Origin: Escherichia coli
GTDB lineage: Bacteria; Pseudomonadota; Gammaproteobacteria; Enterobacterales; Enterobacteriaceae
DNA length: 64,000 bases
Assembly: GCF_030013205.1 (NCBI RefSeq)
Contig: NZ_CP122648.1
Reading direction: 5' to 3' (one strand)
Shown: one piece after another, positions 39,094 through 47,230 of the stretch
Layout: each line of letters opens with the position of its first letter
How positions within the stretch are numbered: the first letter of the stretch is position 1
The notes under the pieces: model-generated
What the model was told of the DNA's origin: nothing
Databases searched by the model: none
What the model saw: only the letters and a program-made list of their open reading frames with translations
Translations under genes and position numbers: made by a program

Positions 39094-39316
39094 CTGTTCA
39101 CCACTGTTCACCCTGTCATAAATATCTTTTGTATCAGTATGTTATAGGGTGAGCAGTTATTTATGAACTGTTCACCAAACTATTCACTGTTCACCTTTTT
39201 GATTGTTTATTGAGCTTCAAGGGTGAACAGTGGTGAACAGTTGGTGAATAGTTTTTGTGAAACTGTTCACCCCTTAACATTATGAATTAAAAGATAAAAT
39301 ATCAAAAGGTGAACAG
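39094..39316. repeat. Iteron array, 9-mer CTGTTCACC in both orientations (candidate satellite replication origin)
   Basis: Forward CTGTTCACC at 39094, 39104, 39168, 39187, 39263; reverse GGTGAACAG at 39222, 39232, 39308; one-mismatch variants at 39148 and 39243; TGTTCACC is the iteron bound by P4 alpha protein at ori/crr. Confidence 0.7.
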
Positions 39317-39367
39317 GTGAAGGGTTAAAACGCAAAAATTTTAATTTACTGCTGTGAGATAAAGCCT

Positions 39368-39613
39368 ATGACAGCGAAGCACACAAAAAAATCACAATCG
39401 CACGCCCTTGATTTGACGGAACACTGGTTAAGGGTGTCGATAAAAATCATCGACCGCAACGCCGGGGAAGGATATGCGAAAGCACATCCCGAACTGATTA
39501 GCTCATTCATGACAACGGCAGCTGCAAACTTTGCCACGCTGACAGAACGGGAGATTGCCGAAGCGGAACAGGTGACAACCATCAACGTTAAAACCGGAGA
39601 GCAGACAGCATGA
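39368..39613 (+). CDS. Hypothetical protein (81 aa)
   Basis: ORF downstream of iterons, stop overlaps next gene start. Confidence 0.45.
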   Translation: MTAKHTKKSQSHALDLTEHWLRVSIKIIDRNAGEGYAKAHPELISSFMTTAAANFATLTEREIAEAEQVTTINVKTGEQTA

Positions 39614-40032
39614 CAGCACAGATAGCGGCTTACGGGCGGCTGGTGGCTGACCCGCAGTTAAAGACCACCAGCAAGGGTACACAAATGACGATGGCGAGTA
39701 TGGCGGTCCCACTTCCGTGCAGCCAGGCAGATGACGGAACGGCGACGATGTGGTTATCCGTCCTGGCGTTTGGCAGACAGGCCGAAGCACTGGCAAAGCA
39801 CCGCAAGGGTGAACTCCTGAGCGTGGCGGGTAACATGCAGGTGAGCCAGTGGACCGGACAGAACGGGGAGACGCGGCAGGGCTGGCAGGTTATCGCAGAC
39901 AGCGTAATCAGTGCGAGAACGGCGCGACCGGGCGGCAAAAAAGGCCAACAGGGGCAGGCTACTGATGCACTGAGCAGAGCAAAACAACAGGCGGGAAATG
40001 ATGATCCGTACGGGGATAACATACCGTTTTAA
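39610..40032 (+). CDS. Single-stranded DNA-binding protein-like (OB fold) with Gly/Gln-rich tail
   Basis: 140-aa ORF; layout (N-terminal OB-fold-like segment, then GGKKGQQGQ..., acidic DDPYGDNIPF C-terminus) resembles SSB; similarity judged by eye. Confidence 0.55.
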   Translation: MTAQIAAYGRLVADPQLKTTSKGTQMTMASMAVPLPCSQADDGTATMWLSVLAFGRQAEALAKHRKGELLSVAGNMQVSQWTGQNGETRQGWQVIADSVISARTARPGGKKGQQGQATDALSRAKQQAGNDDPYGDNIPF

Positions 40033-40046
40033 GCAACGAGTAACAG

Positions 40047-40072
40047 AAGCCGGAGCAATCCGGCTTTTTTCT
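40047..40072 (+). terminator. Rho-independent terminator after SSB-like gene
   Basis: GCCGGAGCAATCCGGC hairpin followed by TTTTTT. Confidence 0.6.
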
Positions 40073-40144
40073 GGGTCCTCCCGGTGTAGTGACCTGCCAC
40101 GGGGCGGGAGCGTCGCGGAAAAAGGCTGGTTTTTGCATTTTCAT
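40073..40144. repeat. 72-bp conserved element, copy A (paired with 42607..42678)
   Basis: GGGTCCTCCCGGTGTAGTGACCTGCCACGGGGCGGGAGCGTCGCGGAAAAAGGCTGGTTTTTGCATTTTCAT; about 67/72 identical to copy B by manual alignment; contains dyad CTCCCGGTG...CCACGGGGCGGGAG. Confidence 0.7.
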
Positions 40145-40330
40145 GGCGGCGGCAGCATGTGTAGTAATTTATTGATAATTAAAAGTTATTTCTGTTTTCA
40201 CCTGTACAATATTTTTTTCTCCCTGTCATTAGACCAGTTTGCAATTAATTGAAATATATAAATAAATTTGTTTTTCACCTGCCAGATGGAGTTGCCTGTG
40301 CAAAACGTGTTCAGATGGCGGGATATTTAT

Positions 40331-40355
40331 GCCGGATTCTCTCCGGCTTTTTTGT
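40331..40355 (+). terminator. Rho-independent terminator between repeat copy A and the capsid operon
   Basis: GCCGGATTCTCTCCGGC hairpin followed by TTTTTT. Confidence 0.55.
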
Positions 40356-40455
40356 GTCTGAATCTGATTAATCTATTTTTATGATAGAAATATGTTTATC
40401 TACCACTTTTATCGATCAATAATGCGCGCAGTTTAGTCAGTAAGAGGAAGTTACT

Positions 40456-40665
40456 GTGAATTGTATTAACGACCTGAACACAGGCGAGGTAAAAGGTGGT
40501 TCCGTTCATCTGGATGCGCAGACCGTTATGCGCCTTAAGCAGTACAGGATCGACCACATAAATCATCATCCTGACCAACCATTACCAGGTGCGGCGCAGA
40601 TTGTCAGACACGCGGTTAACGCGTGGCTTGATAAGAATGGTTTTGCATCTGGGGGGGAGCAATGA
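40456..40665 (+). CDS. Hypothetical small protein (69 aa), translationally coupled to protease-capsid gene
   Basis: GTG start preceded by AAGAGGAAG RBS; stop overlaps start of the 637-aa ORF. Confidence 0.45.
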   Translation: MNCINDLNTGEVKGGSVHLDAQTVMRLKQYRIDHINHHPDQPLPGAAQIVRHAVNAWLDKNGFASGGEQ

Positions 40666-42575
40666 ATCACTGGTACACCATTAAGGCGCTGGGTGTTCGC
40701 GGAGCGGCAGAAATATCCATCTATGAAGAAATTGGCGGCTTCGGTATTACCGCGAAGCAGTTTGCGGAAGACCTGAAAGCCCTGGGCGATGTCTCACATA
40801 TCGACCTGCGGATCCATTCGCCAGGTGGTGACGTGTTTGAAGGCATCGCCATCTATAACCTGTTACGGAATCATCCGGCAGAAATTACGGTTTATATCGA
40901 TGGTGTTGCGGCTTCAATGGCTTCGGTTGTCGCAATGGCTGGCGATCGTGTTGTGATGCCGGAAAACGCCATGATGATGATACATAAGCCGTGGGGTATC
41001 TCTGGCGGAAATGCTGGTGATATGCGTGATTATGCTGATTTGCTGGATAAGGTGGAAACCGTGTTAGTCCCTGCTTATGCCAGAAAAACGGGCAAATCAG
41101 CACAGGAAATTACCGCCATGCTGGAAGATGAAACCTGGATGGACGGGAAAGAATGCCTTAAGCACGGTTTTGCTGATGAATTGTTGCCATCTGTCACAGC
41201 AATGGCGCGAATTGAATCGAAACGCACAGGAGATTTTTCACACATGCCTGAAACCATTAAAGGAATGATTACCCCGCCACAGGGAGCAGCCAATATTGCT
41301 GGTAATGAACAGAAGCGCATCAACGGAATAAGTGAAGTGTTTAGCCTGTTCGGCAGTCGTTACGACGGGATCAAAATGGCGTGCCTGGAGGATGCATCAT
41401 GTACACCGGAGATGGCCCGTGAAAAGTTGTTGAACGAGCTGGGGCGCGAGTCCACGCCATCCAATAAAAATATCCCGACTCATATTTATGCCGGTAACGG
41501 GAACATAACAGGCGATGCAATTCGTCAGGGGCTTTATTCTCGTCTTGGGTATGAACGCCCAGAGCGGGGAAATCCTTACGCGATGATGAGCCTTTTTGAA
41601 ATGGCCCAGGCATCACTAACTGATCGTGGTATCAGTGTTGGCAGTTTTTTAAATCGCTCGCAGGTCGTTAATGCAGCTTTCACACACAGCAGCAGCGATT
41701 TTTCTCATATTCTGGCTGGTGGTGCTGAAAAATCAGTGCTGAAAGGCTGGCAGGACAGCGGCGAAACGTTCCAGAAATGGACGCGTACCGGATCGCTTTC
41801 AAACTTTCATGAAGCAAAGCGCGTTGGTCTGAATGGTTTTTCAAAGCTGGATAAAGTACCGGAAGGTGCGGAATATAAATACATCACCACCAGCGATAAA
41901 GGTGTACCTATTGCGCTGGCCACATACGGTAATATTTTTTCTGTTACCCGTCAGGCCATTATCAACGATGACCTGACCCAGTTAACTACAATCCCCATGG
42001 CGATGGGGCGTGCGGCCGCCAGAACAGTAGGTAATCTGGTTTATCTTCTGTTAACCAGCAACGGCAAATTTACGGATGGTAAAGCGTTATTCCATGCCGA
42101 TCATAAAAATCTTATTGCGAAGGATATGGACATGGTGGGGCTTGATGAAGCCCGTAAGCTGATGCGCCTCCAGGAGGATGCTAACGGCGACTCACTGAAT
42201 ATTACCCCTGCTTTTGTTCTGGTCCCTGCCGCGCTGGAATCTGCCGCGCGTCGCGCCATTCTGTCATCGTCATCAGTCTTTCCGGTTGGTGATGAGAGCA
42301 CTATCAATCAGAACCCCGGCATCATTAACGTGGTGAAAGATATGGCAGAAGTAATTGTTGAGCCACGTCTTGATAAGGCCAATAGCAAGGAATGGTATGT
42401 AGCCGCAGCTAAGGGGATGGACACAATAGAAGTCGCTTATCTTGATGGTATGGATACGCCATATCTTGAGGAGCAGGTGGGCTTTACTGTTGATGGTGTC
42501 GCCTGGAAAGTGCGCATAGATGCAGGTGTCGCGGCCCTCGATTATCGCGGATTACTGAAATCGAGTGGAGCATGA
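40662..42575 (+). CDS. Prohead protease (ClpP/S49-like) fused to a capsid-like C-terminal domain
   Basis: 637-aa ORF; N-terminal IHSPGGDVFEGIAIYN and GVAASMASVVAMAGD resemble the ClpP/S49 serine-protease motifs (cf. lambda gpC DTPGG); C-terminal ~350 aa has no recognised enzyme motif and is interpreted as major capsid by context and composition. Confidence 0.7.
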   Translation: MNHWYTIKALGVRGAAEISIYEEIGGFGITAKQFAEDLKALGDVSHIDLRIHSPGGDVFEGIAIYNLLRNHPAEITVYIDGVAASMASVVAMAGDRVVMPENAMMMIHKPWGISGGNAGDMRDYADLLDKVETVLVPAYARKTGKSAQEITAMLEDETWMDGKECLKHGFADELLPSVTAMARIESKRTGDFSHMPETIKGMITPPQGAANIAGNEQKRINGISEVFSLFGSRYDGIKMACLEDASCTPEMAREKLLNELGRESTPSNKNIPTHIYAGNGNITGDAIRQGLYSRLGYERPERGNPYAMMSLFEMAQASLTDRGISVGSFLNRSQVVNAAFTHSSSDFSHILAGGAEKSVLKGWQDSGETFQKWTRTGSLSNFHEAKRVGLNGFSKLDKVPEGAEYKYITTSDKGVPIALATYGNIFSVTRQAIINDDLTQLTTIPMAMGRAAARTVGNLVYLLLTSNGKFTDGKALFHADHKNLIAKDMDMVGLDEARKLMRLQEDANGDSLNITPAFVLVPAALESAARRAILSSSSVFPVGDESTINQNPGIINVVKDMAEVIVEPRLDKANSKEWYVAAAKGMDTIEVAYLDGMDTPYLEEQVGFTVDGVAWKVRIDAGVAALDYRGLLKSSGA

Positions 42576-42581
42576 CAACAA

Positions 42582-42605
42582 GGGCGGCGACAGCCGCCTT
42601 TTTTA
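42582..42605 (+). terminator. Rho-independent terminator after protease-capsid gene
   Basis: GGCGGCGACAGCCGCC hairpin followed by TTTTTT. Confidence 0.6.
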
Positions 42606-42606
42606 C

Positions 42607-42678
42607 GGGTCCTCCCGGTGGAGTGGTCTGCCACGGGGCGGGAGCGGCGCGGAAAAAGGCTAGTTTTTGCATTTTCAT
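42607..42678. repeat. 72-bp conserved element, copy B
   Basis: GGGTCCTCCCGGTGGAGTGGTCTGCCACGGGGCGGGAGCGGCGCGGAAAAAGGCTAGTTTTTGCATTTTCAT; same terminator-then-element arrangement as copy A. Confidence 0.7.
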
Positions 42679-42831
42679 TCGTCGTCATCATCTTTATATG
42701 ATATTGAATTTTAAGTATTTTTATTTTTGGTATGTTAATTTTGCTTGTTTTATGCTCAACATATAGCGCATTTTTTGACCTCTTCTGAAAGTTGTTCGCA
42801 GGATGCATGTTTAAAACATTCTGGAGCGGGT

Positions 42832-43317
42832 ATGGATCGAGAACTGAAAAATCTGATGCTGAACATTAATCAACTGGCGGCGATAGCGGGAATATGTCGT
42901 CAGACTGCGGCGGCAAGGCTGAAAAACATCCAGCCAGCCGGAGGGCATGACAAGCTGAAACTCTATCGGGTGACTGACATTCTGACCTGTTTTCTTGATC
43001 TTCCCGTTCCGGCATCACTGGAAGAAATGGAGCCACATGACCGTAAGGCCTGGTATCAGTCCGAACGTGAACGCCTCAAGTTCGAACAGGAAACGGCGCA
43101 ACTCATACCCGCCGATGATGTGCGAAAAGAGATGGCTATATGGGGGGAAATCGTAAGCGAGGAACTGGCAAAACTCCCCAATATTCTGGCACGTGATGCC
43201 GGGCTTAAACCGATGGCAGTAAACAGAGTGCAGTCAATTATTGACGATTTGTGTAATCAGATTATCAGCCGGATGGTAAAAAATGACGTAGTGAATGAGG
43301 TCGCAAAACAGGCATGA
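42832..43317 (+). CDS. Terminase small subunit, lambda Nu1-like
   Basis: ORF 42745..43317; likely ATG at 42832 with GGAG RBS; MDRELKNLMLNINQLAAIAGICRQTAAARLKNIQPAGGHDKLKLYRVTDILTCF parallels the Nu1 N-terminal wHTH region (KKQLADIFGASIRTIQNWQEQGMPV...EVLYDSAAVIKWY); comparison from memory. Confidence 0.65.
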   Translation: MDRELKNLMLNINQLAAIAGICRQTAAARLKNIQPAGGHDKLKLYRVTDILTCFLDLPVPASLEEMEPHDRKAWYQSERERLKFEQETAQLIPADDVRKEMAIWGEIVSEELAKLPNILARDAGLKPMAVNRVQSIIDDLCNQIISRMVKNDVVNEVAKQA

Positions 43318-43601
43318 TAATGACCGAATCTGAAATACTGCGATTAATCCGCTGTGCTGGTGGAATCAGCCAGTTGGCTGACGAACAGGCCGCGCAGCCG
43401 GATACAGTCACCGCTGAAAATTACGCGCGTGTGGTGGCTGAGGTGATGCGCCGTGACGGTATTGAGCTTAACGGCGTGGATATGCGCAACATACGAACCA
43501 GAGTTCTTGAGTTGCTGGCATACCGTCGCCGTTCTCAACAACGGAGGGAGAGCGCGAAAAATACTTACCAGTGGAGGAAGCCGGAGCACTTACGGCGGTA
43601 A
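43314..43601 (+). CDS. Hypothetical protein (95 aa)
   Basis: ORF overlapping terS stop by 4 nt; basic C-terminus. Confidence 0.45.
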   Translation: MIMTESEILRLIRCAGGISQLADEQAAQPDTVTAENYARVVAEVMRRDGIELNGVDMRNIRTRVLELLAYRRRSQQRRESAKNTYQWRKPEHLRR

Positions 43602-43618
43602 CTGGTTGATATTATCGA

Positions 43619-43870
43619 AAGTGCAAAAATGCACTTAGCAACTGGTGGCGAGTTGCAGATCTGCAACTCGACTATGAAACTACGGAAACTACCCGTAGTT
43701 TGGGTAGTAAGAGTAACACCCAGATTTTGGGGCTTACTCGCGATACCCAAATAAATGGTATCGGTGGAAGAAATATCGTTTCTCATATGTGAGTACCGAG
43801 GGCGGAATTCCGCCTTCGGTTACTTATTGTGCTCATGCACAGGGAGAGGCGGGTACAAATCTCTGTACCC
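43619..43870. other. Hairpin/palindrome-dense non-coding region at the attR-proximal end of the island
   Basis: At least eight distinct dyads in ~250 bp: AAGTGCAAAAATGCACTT, GAGTTGCAGATCTGCAACTC, AAACTACGG-N7-CCGTAGTTT, TGGGTAGTAAGAGTAACACCCA, CGATACC-N9-GGTATCG, GGCGGAATTCCGCC, TGTGCTCATGCACA, GGGTACA-N6-TGTACCC; no convincing ORF. Confidence 0.6.
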
Positions 43871-44051
43871 TGACGTCTTCCGGACTGCCAGCCCCATCGT
43901 TTTTTTACGCCCGCGAAAAATAAAAATTGTTTGTATGTGAGTATTGTAGCCAGCAAAAGCTCTTTCTTTGGTGGCTTATTGTTTCTAATAGATTTTGGGA
44001 GGTAGAAATGGGAGGCCCAGCGAAAGCTGGGCCGAGCTTGTTACGCTGTCA

Positions 44052-44195
44052 TTACTTCAGCATGATAACTAAAGCTATACATACTAGCACTACGGCTATT
44101 GGGCATAGACCTAAATTGCCAAGTGCTGCGATTAAACCTGTAACGGCAATCACACGTGCAGACAGCAGGTCTGAGCCCTTTCTTAAAGTATCCAT
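44052..44195 (-). CDS. Small hydrophobic peptide (47 aa), candidate membrane peptide of type-I-toxin-like size
   Basis: ATG preceded by GGAGG RBS (ACGGAGGTATCA-ATG); translation MDTLRKGSDLLSARVIAVTGLIAALGNLGLCPIAVVLVCIALVIMLK has polar N-terminus and one predicted TM helix; below the 60-aa track cutoff. Confidence 0.3.
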   Translation of the reverse strand: MDTLRKGSDLLSARVIAVTGLIAALGNLGLCPIAVVLVCIALVIMLK

Positions 44196-44346
44196 TGATA
44201 CCTCCGTCAGGGTTTTTGCCGGTCTCTTGGAGAGTTGGGGGCAAAAGTTCAGACCCGTAGCACTTTCTTGTTCGCAGGTGAACGGCTGCTACGACCCAAC
44301 TGTTCTGTAGGCATGAGCCAATTCTTACTTGTTAATACTTCTCAGA

Positions 44347-44367
44347 GGTATCCTATAAGTATCCTGG
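44347..44367. promoter_or_regulatory. Putative integrase arm-type site, tRNA-proximal side
   Basis: GGTATCCTATAAGTATCCTGG, near-identical to 33472..33492. Confidence 0.45.
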
Positions 44368-44409
44368 TAAAGCAAGATAGTTTGGATACATCTGTAATTC
44401 ATTGAAATC

Positions 44410-44485
44410 TGGTGGCCCCTGCTGGACTTGAACCAGCGACCAAGCGATTATGAGTCGCCTGCTCTAACCACTGAGCTAAGGGGCC
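44410..44485 (-). tRNA. ileX: tRNA-Ile (anticodon CAU, lysidine-modified isoleucine tRNA)
   Basis: Reverse complement reads GGCCCCTTAGCTCAGTGGTTAGAGCAGGCGACTCATAATCGCTTGGTCGCTGGTTCAAGTCCAGCAGGGGCCACCA: 76 nt, CAT anticodon in loop, encoded CCA end; canonical position next to mug. Confidence 0.9.
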
Positions 44486-44609
44486 ATGGTAGCGGATTAT
44501 AAAGTAACTCCGTGTCGCAATCCAGCCATTACCGCGCGCCTGCTGTTTTTATAAACAATGTATTTTCAATCCGTTATACTTTTCCTGGTGATGTTAGAAA
44601 GGAGTAAAT

Positions 44610-45116
44610 ATGGTTGAGGATATTTTGGCTCCAGGGTTACGGGTCGTGTTTTGCGGTATCAACCCTGGGCTTTCATCTGCCGGGACTGGTTTTCCCTTTG
44701 CTCATCCGGCAAATCGCTTCTGGAAGGTGATATATCAGGCCGGGTTTACCGACCGTCAGTTGAAGCCGCAGGAGTCACAGCATCTGCTGGATTATCGTTG
44801 TGGCGTCACCAAACTGGTAGACCGTCCAACGGTGCAAGCCAATGAAGTTTCAAAGCAAGAACTACACGCAGGCGGGCGTAAGCTGATTGAAAAAATTGAA
44901 GATTATCAGCCGCAGGCGTTGGCGATTCTGGGCAAACAAGCATATGAACAGGGATTCAGCCAGCGCGGTGCACAGTGGGGGAAACAAACGCTCACCATTG
45001 GTTCGACGCAGATTTGGGTGCTGCCAAATCCCAGTGGTTTAAGTCGCGTTTCACTGGAGAAACTGGTTGAAGCGTATCGCGAGCTGGACCAGGCGCTGGT
45101 AGTGCGTGGGCGATAA
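44610..45116 (+). CDS. mug: G/U mismatch-specific DNA glycosylase Mug
   Basis: 168-aa [45 protein letters not shown]... Confidence 0.9.
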   Translation: MVEDILAPGLRVVFCGINPGLSSAGTGFPFAHPANRFWKVIYQAGFTDRQLKPQESQHLLDYRCGVTKLVDRPTVQANEVSKQELHAGGRKLIEKIEDYQPQALAILGKQAYEQGFSQRGAQWGKQTLTIGSTQIWVLPNPSGLSRVSLEKLVEAYRELDQALVVRGR

Positions 45117-45142
45117 AAAACGCCACCGAAAAGGTGGCGTTT
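45115..45142. terminator. Bidirectional rho-independent terminator between mug and rpoD
   Basis: AAAAAACGCCACCGAAAAGGTGGCGTTT: hairpin flanked by A-run and T-run. Confidence 0.6.
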
Positions 45143-45194
45143 GTGCAGAGGGCCTAGTGCCGGGTGCGGCGTAACGCCTGATCCGGCCTACCGA

Positions 45195-47036
45195 TTAATC
45201 GTCCAGGAAGCTACGCAGCACTTCAGAACGGCTCGGGTGACGCAGTTTGCGCAGCGCCTTCGCTTCGATCTGACGGATACGTTCGCGGGTAACGTCGAAC
45301 TGTTTACCCACTTCTTCCAGCGTGTGGTCGGTGTTCATATCGATACCGAAACGCATACGCAGAACTTTTGCTTCACGCGCGGTCAGGCCAGCCAGCACGT
45401 CGTGCGTTGCCGCGCGCAGGCTTTCGGTGGTCGCAGAATCCAGCGGCAGCTCGAGGGTGGTATCCTCGATGAAATCCCCCAGATGCGAATCTTCATCATC
45501 ACCGATCGGCGTTTCCATGGAGATTGGCTCTTTGGCGATCTTCAGCACTTTGCGGATCTTGTCTTCCGGCATCAGCATACGTTCAGCCAGTTCTTCCGGC
45601 GTCGGTTCACGGCCCATCTCTTGCAGCATCTGGCGAGAAATACGGTTGAGTTTGTTGATAGTCTCAATCATATGCACCGGAATACGGATGGTACGCGCCT
45701 GATCCGCGATAGAACGGGTGATCGCCTGACGGATCCACCAGGTTGCGTAGGTGGAGAACTTGTAACCACGGCGGTATTCGAATTTATCAACCGCTTTCAT
45801 CAGGCCGATGTTACCTTCCTGAATCAGGTCAAGGAACTGCAAGCCACGGTTGGTGTATTTCTTGGCGATAGAAATAACCAGACGTAAGTTCGCTTCAACC
45901 ATCTCTTTCTTCGCACGGCGGGCTTTTGCTTCACCGATGGACATACGACGGTTGATATCTTTAACCTGCTCGATGGTCAGGCCTGTTTCTTCTTCAATCT
46001 GCTGCAGTTTCTGCAGGGCGCGATGCACTTCTTCAGAGACATCGTGCAGTTTTTCCGACCACGGCTTGTTCATTGCAATTGCCGCGTTGAACCAGGTATC
46101 GCTGGTTTCGTTGCCGGTAAACAGGGTAATGAAGTTTTTCTTCGGCATTTTGCACTGCTCAACGCAGAGCTTCATGATCAGACGTTCTTGCGTACGAACG
46201 CGGTCCATCATGACGCGCATGCTGTTGACCAGGTAGTCAAACTGCTTCGGCACCAGGCGGAACTGTTTGAATACTTCAGACAGTTTCAGGATCTCTTCCT
46301 GAGCGGCAGCGTGACTGCGACCTTTCGCTTTGATGGTGTCACGCGTTACAACGTACTGAGCGCGCAGTTCCGCAAATTTTTCGCGAGCCAGTTCCGGGTC
46401 GATGCTGTTGTCATCATCGGCGCTGTCGTCATCGCCATCTTCTTCGTCTTCATCTTCGTCATCGTCCAGATCTTCCTGGGAAAGCTCAGAACCGACGTGA
46501 GTGGCGGTAGGTGCCAGATCTTCTTCTGCGTTCGGGTCAACAAAGCCGGTGATCAGATCGGACAGACGCGCTTCTTCTGCTTCAACACGATCGTACTGTT
46601 CCAGCAGATAGGTGATCGCTTCCGGATATTCAGCAACGGAGCATTGAACCTGGTTGATCCCGTCTTCAATACGCTTAGCGATGTCAATTTCGCCTTCGCG
46701 GGTCAACAGTTCAACGGTGCCCATTTCACGCATGTACATGCGTACCGGGTCAGTCGTGCGCCCGATTTCAGATTCCACGCTGGAAAGCACCTGCGCGGCG
46801 GCTTCGGCAGCATCTTCGTCCGCGGTGTTTTCAGCCAGCATCAGATCATCGGCATCCGGTGCTTCTTCCATCACCTGAATGCCCATGTCGTTGATCATTT
46901 GGATGATGTCTTCGATCTGATCTGAATCGACGATATCTTCCGGCAGATGGTCATTGACCTCGGCATAGGTCAGATAGCCTTGCTCCTTACCACGGGTGAC
47001 AAGAAGTTTCAGCTGTGACTGCGGGTTTTGCTCCAT
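45195..47036 (-). CDS. rpoD: RNA polymerase sigma-70 factor RpoD
   Basis: 613-aa [58 protein letters not shown]... Confidence 0.95.
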   Translation of the reverse strand: MEQNPQSQLKLLVTRGKEQGYLTYAEVNDHLPEDIVDSDQIEDIIQMINDMGIQVMEEAPDADDLMLAENTADEDAAEAAAQVLSSVESEIGRTTDPVRMYMREMGTVELLTREGEIDIAKRIEDGINQVQCSVAEYPEAITYLLEQYDRVEAEEARLSDLITGFVDPNAEEDLAPTATHVGSELSQEDLDDDEDEDEEDGDDDSADDDNSIDPELAREKFAELRAQYVVTRDTIKAKGRSHAAAQEEILKLSEVFKQFRLVPKQFDYLVNSMRVMMDRVRTQERLIMKLCVEQCKMPKKNFITLFTGNETSDTWFNAAIAMNKPWSEKLHDVSEEVHRALQKLQQIEEETGLTIEQVKDINRRMSIGEAKARRAKKEMVEANLRLVISIAKKYTNRGLQFLDLIQEGNIGLMKAVDKFEYRRGYKFSTYATWWIRQAITRSIADQARTIRIPVHMIETINKLNRISRQMLQEMGREPTPEELAERMLMPEDKIRKVLKIAKEPISMETPIGDDEDSHLGDFIEDTTLELPLDSATTESLRAATHDVLAGLTAREAKVLRMRFGIDMNTDHTLEEVGKQFDVTRERIRQIEAKALRKLRHPSRSEVLRSFLDD

Positions 47037-47230
47037 AAGACGGTATCCACACTTATTTCATGAGGTTGGTGTTGGGCGATTGACCCGATGTCCTTCAGCC
47101 GTTAACGCTGAAATCCAACGGTTGTTTACCGCCAACGATAATTACGAGGGCGTACTTATATATTTGCCGCTGCCTCTCAGTGCGGCTGTCGGGGGCTTCC
47201 CGATCGCTCTTCGGCACTTAAGCCGTTAAA

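Larger units (their letters stand above)
33363..44409. mobile_element. ~11 kb integrative island at tRNA ileX: phage-satellite-like element (P4-type replication module plus lambdoid-type protease-capsid and Nu1-like TerS)
   Basis: Bounded by 45-bp direct repeats of the tRNA 3' end; carries integrase, excisionase-type HTH, alpha-like primase with TGTTCACC iterons, SSB-like, protease-capsid fusion, Nu1-like TerS; no portal, TerL or tail genes; K-12 gene order has ileX directly next to yqjH. Confidence 0.85.

Noticed and set aside
43619-43940. Retron msr/msd or type III toxin-antitoxin RNA as an explanation for the hairpin-rich region
   Set aside because: No reverse-transcriptase gene adjacent and no tandem direct repeats of a ToxI type; the dyads are all different sequences.
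43927-44310. 127-aa plus-strand ORF near attR
   Set aside because: No RBS, odd composition, and it overlaps on the opposite strand the 47-aa ORF that has a strong RBS; kept only as a possibility.
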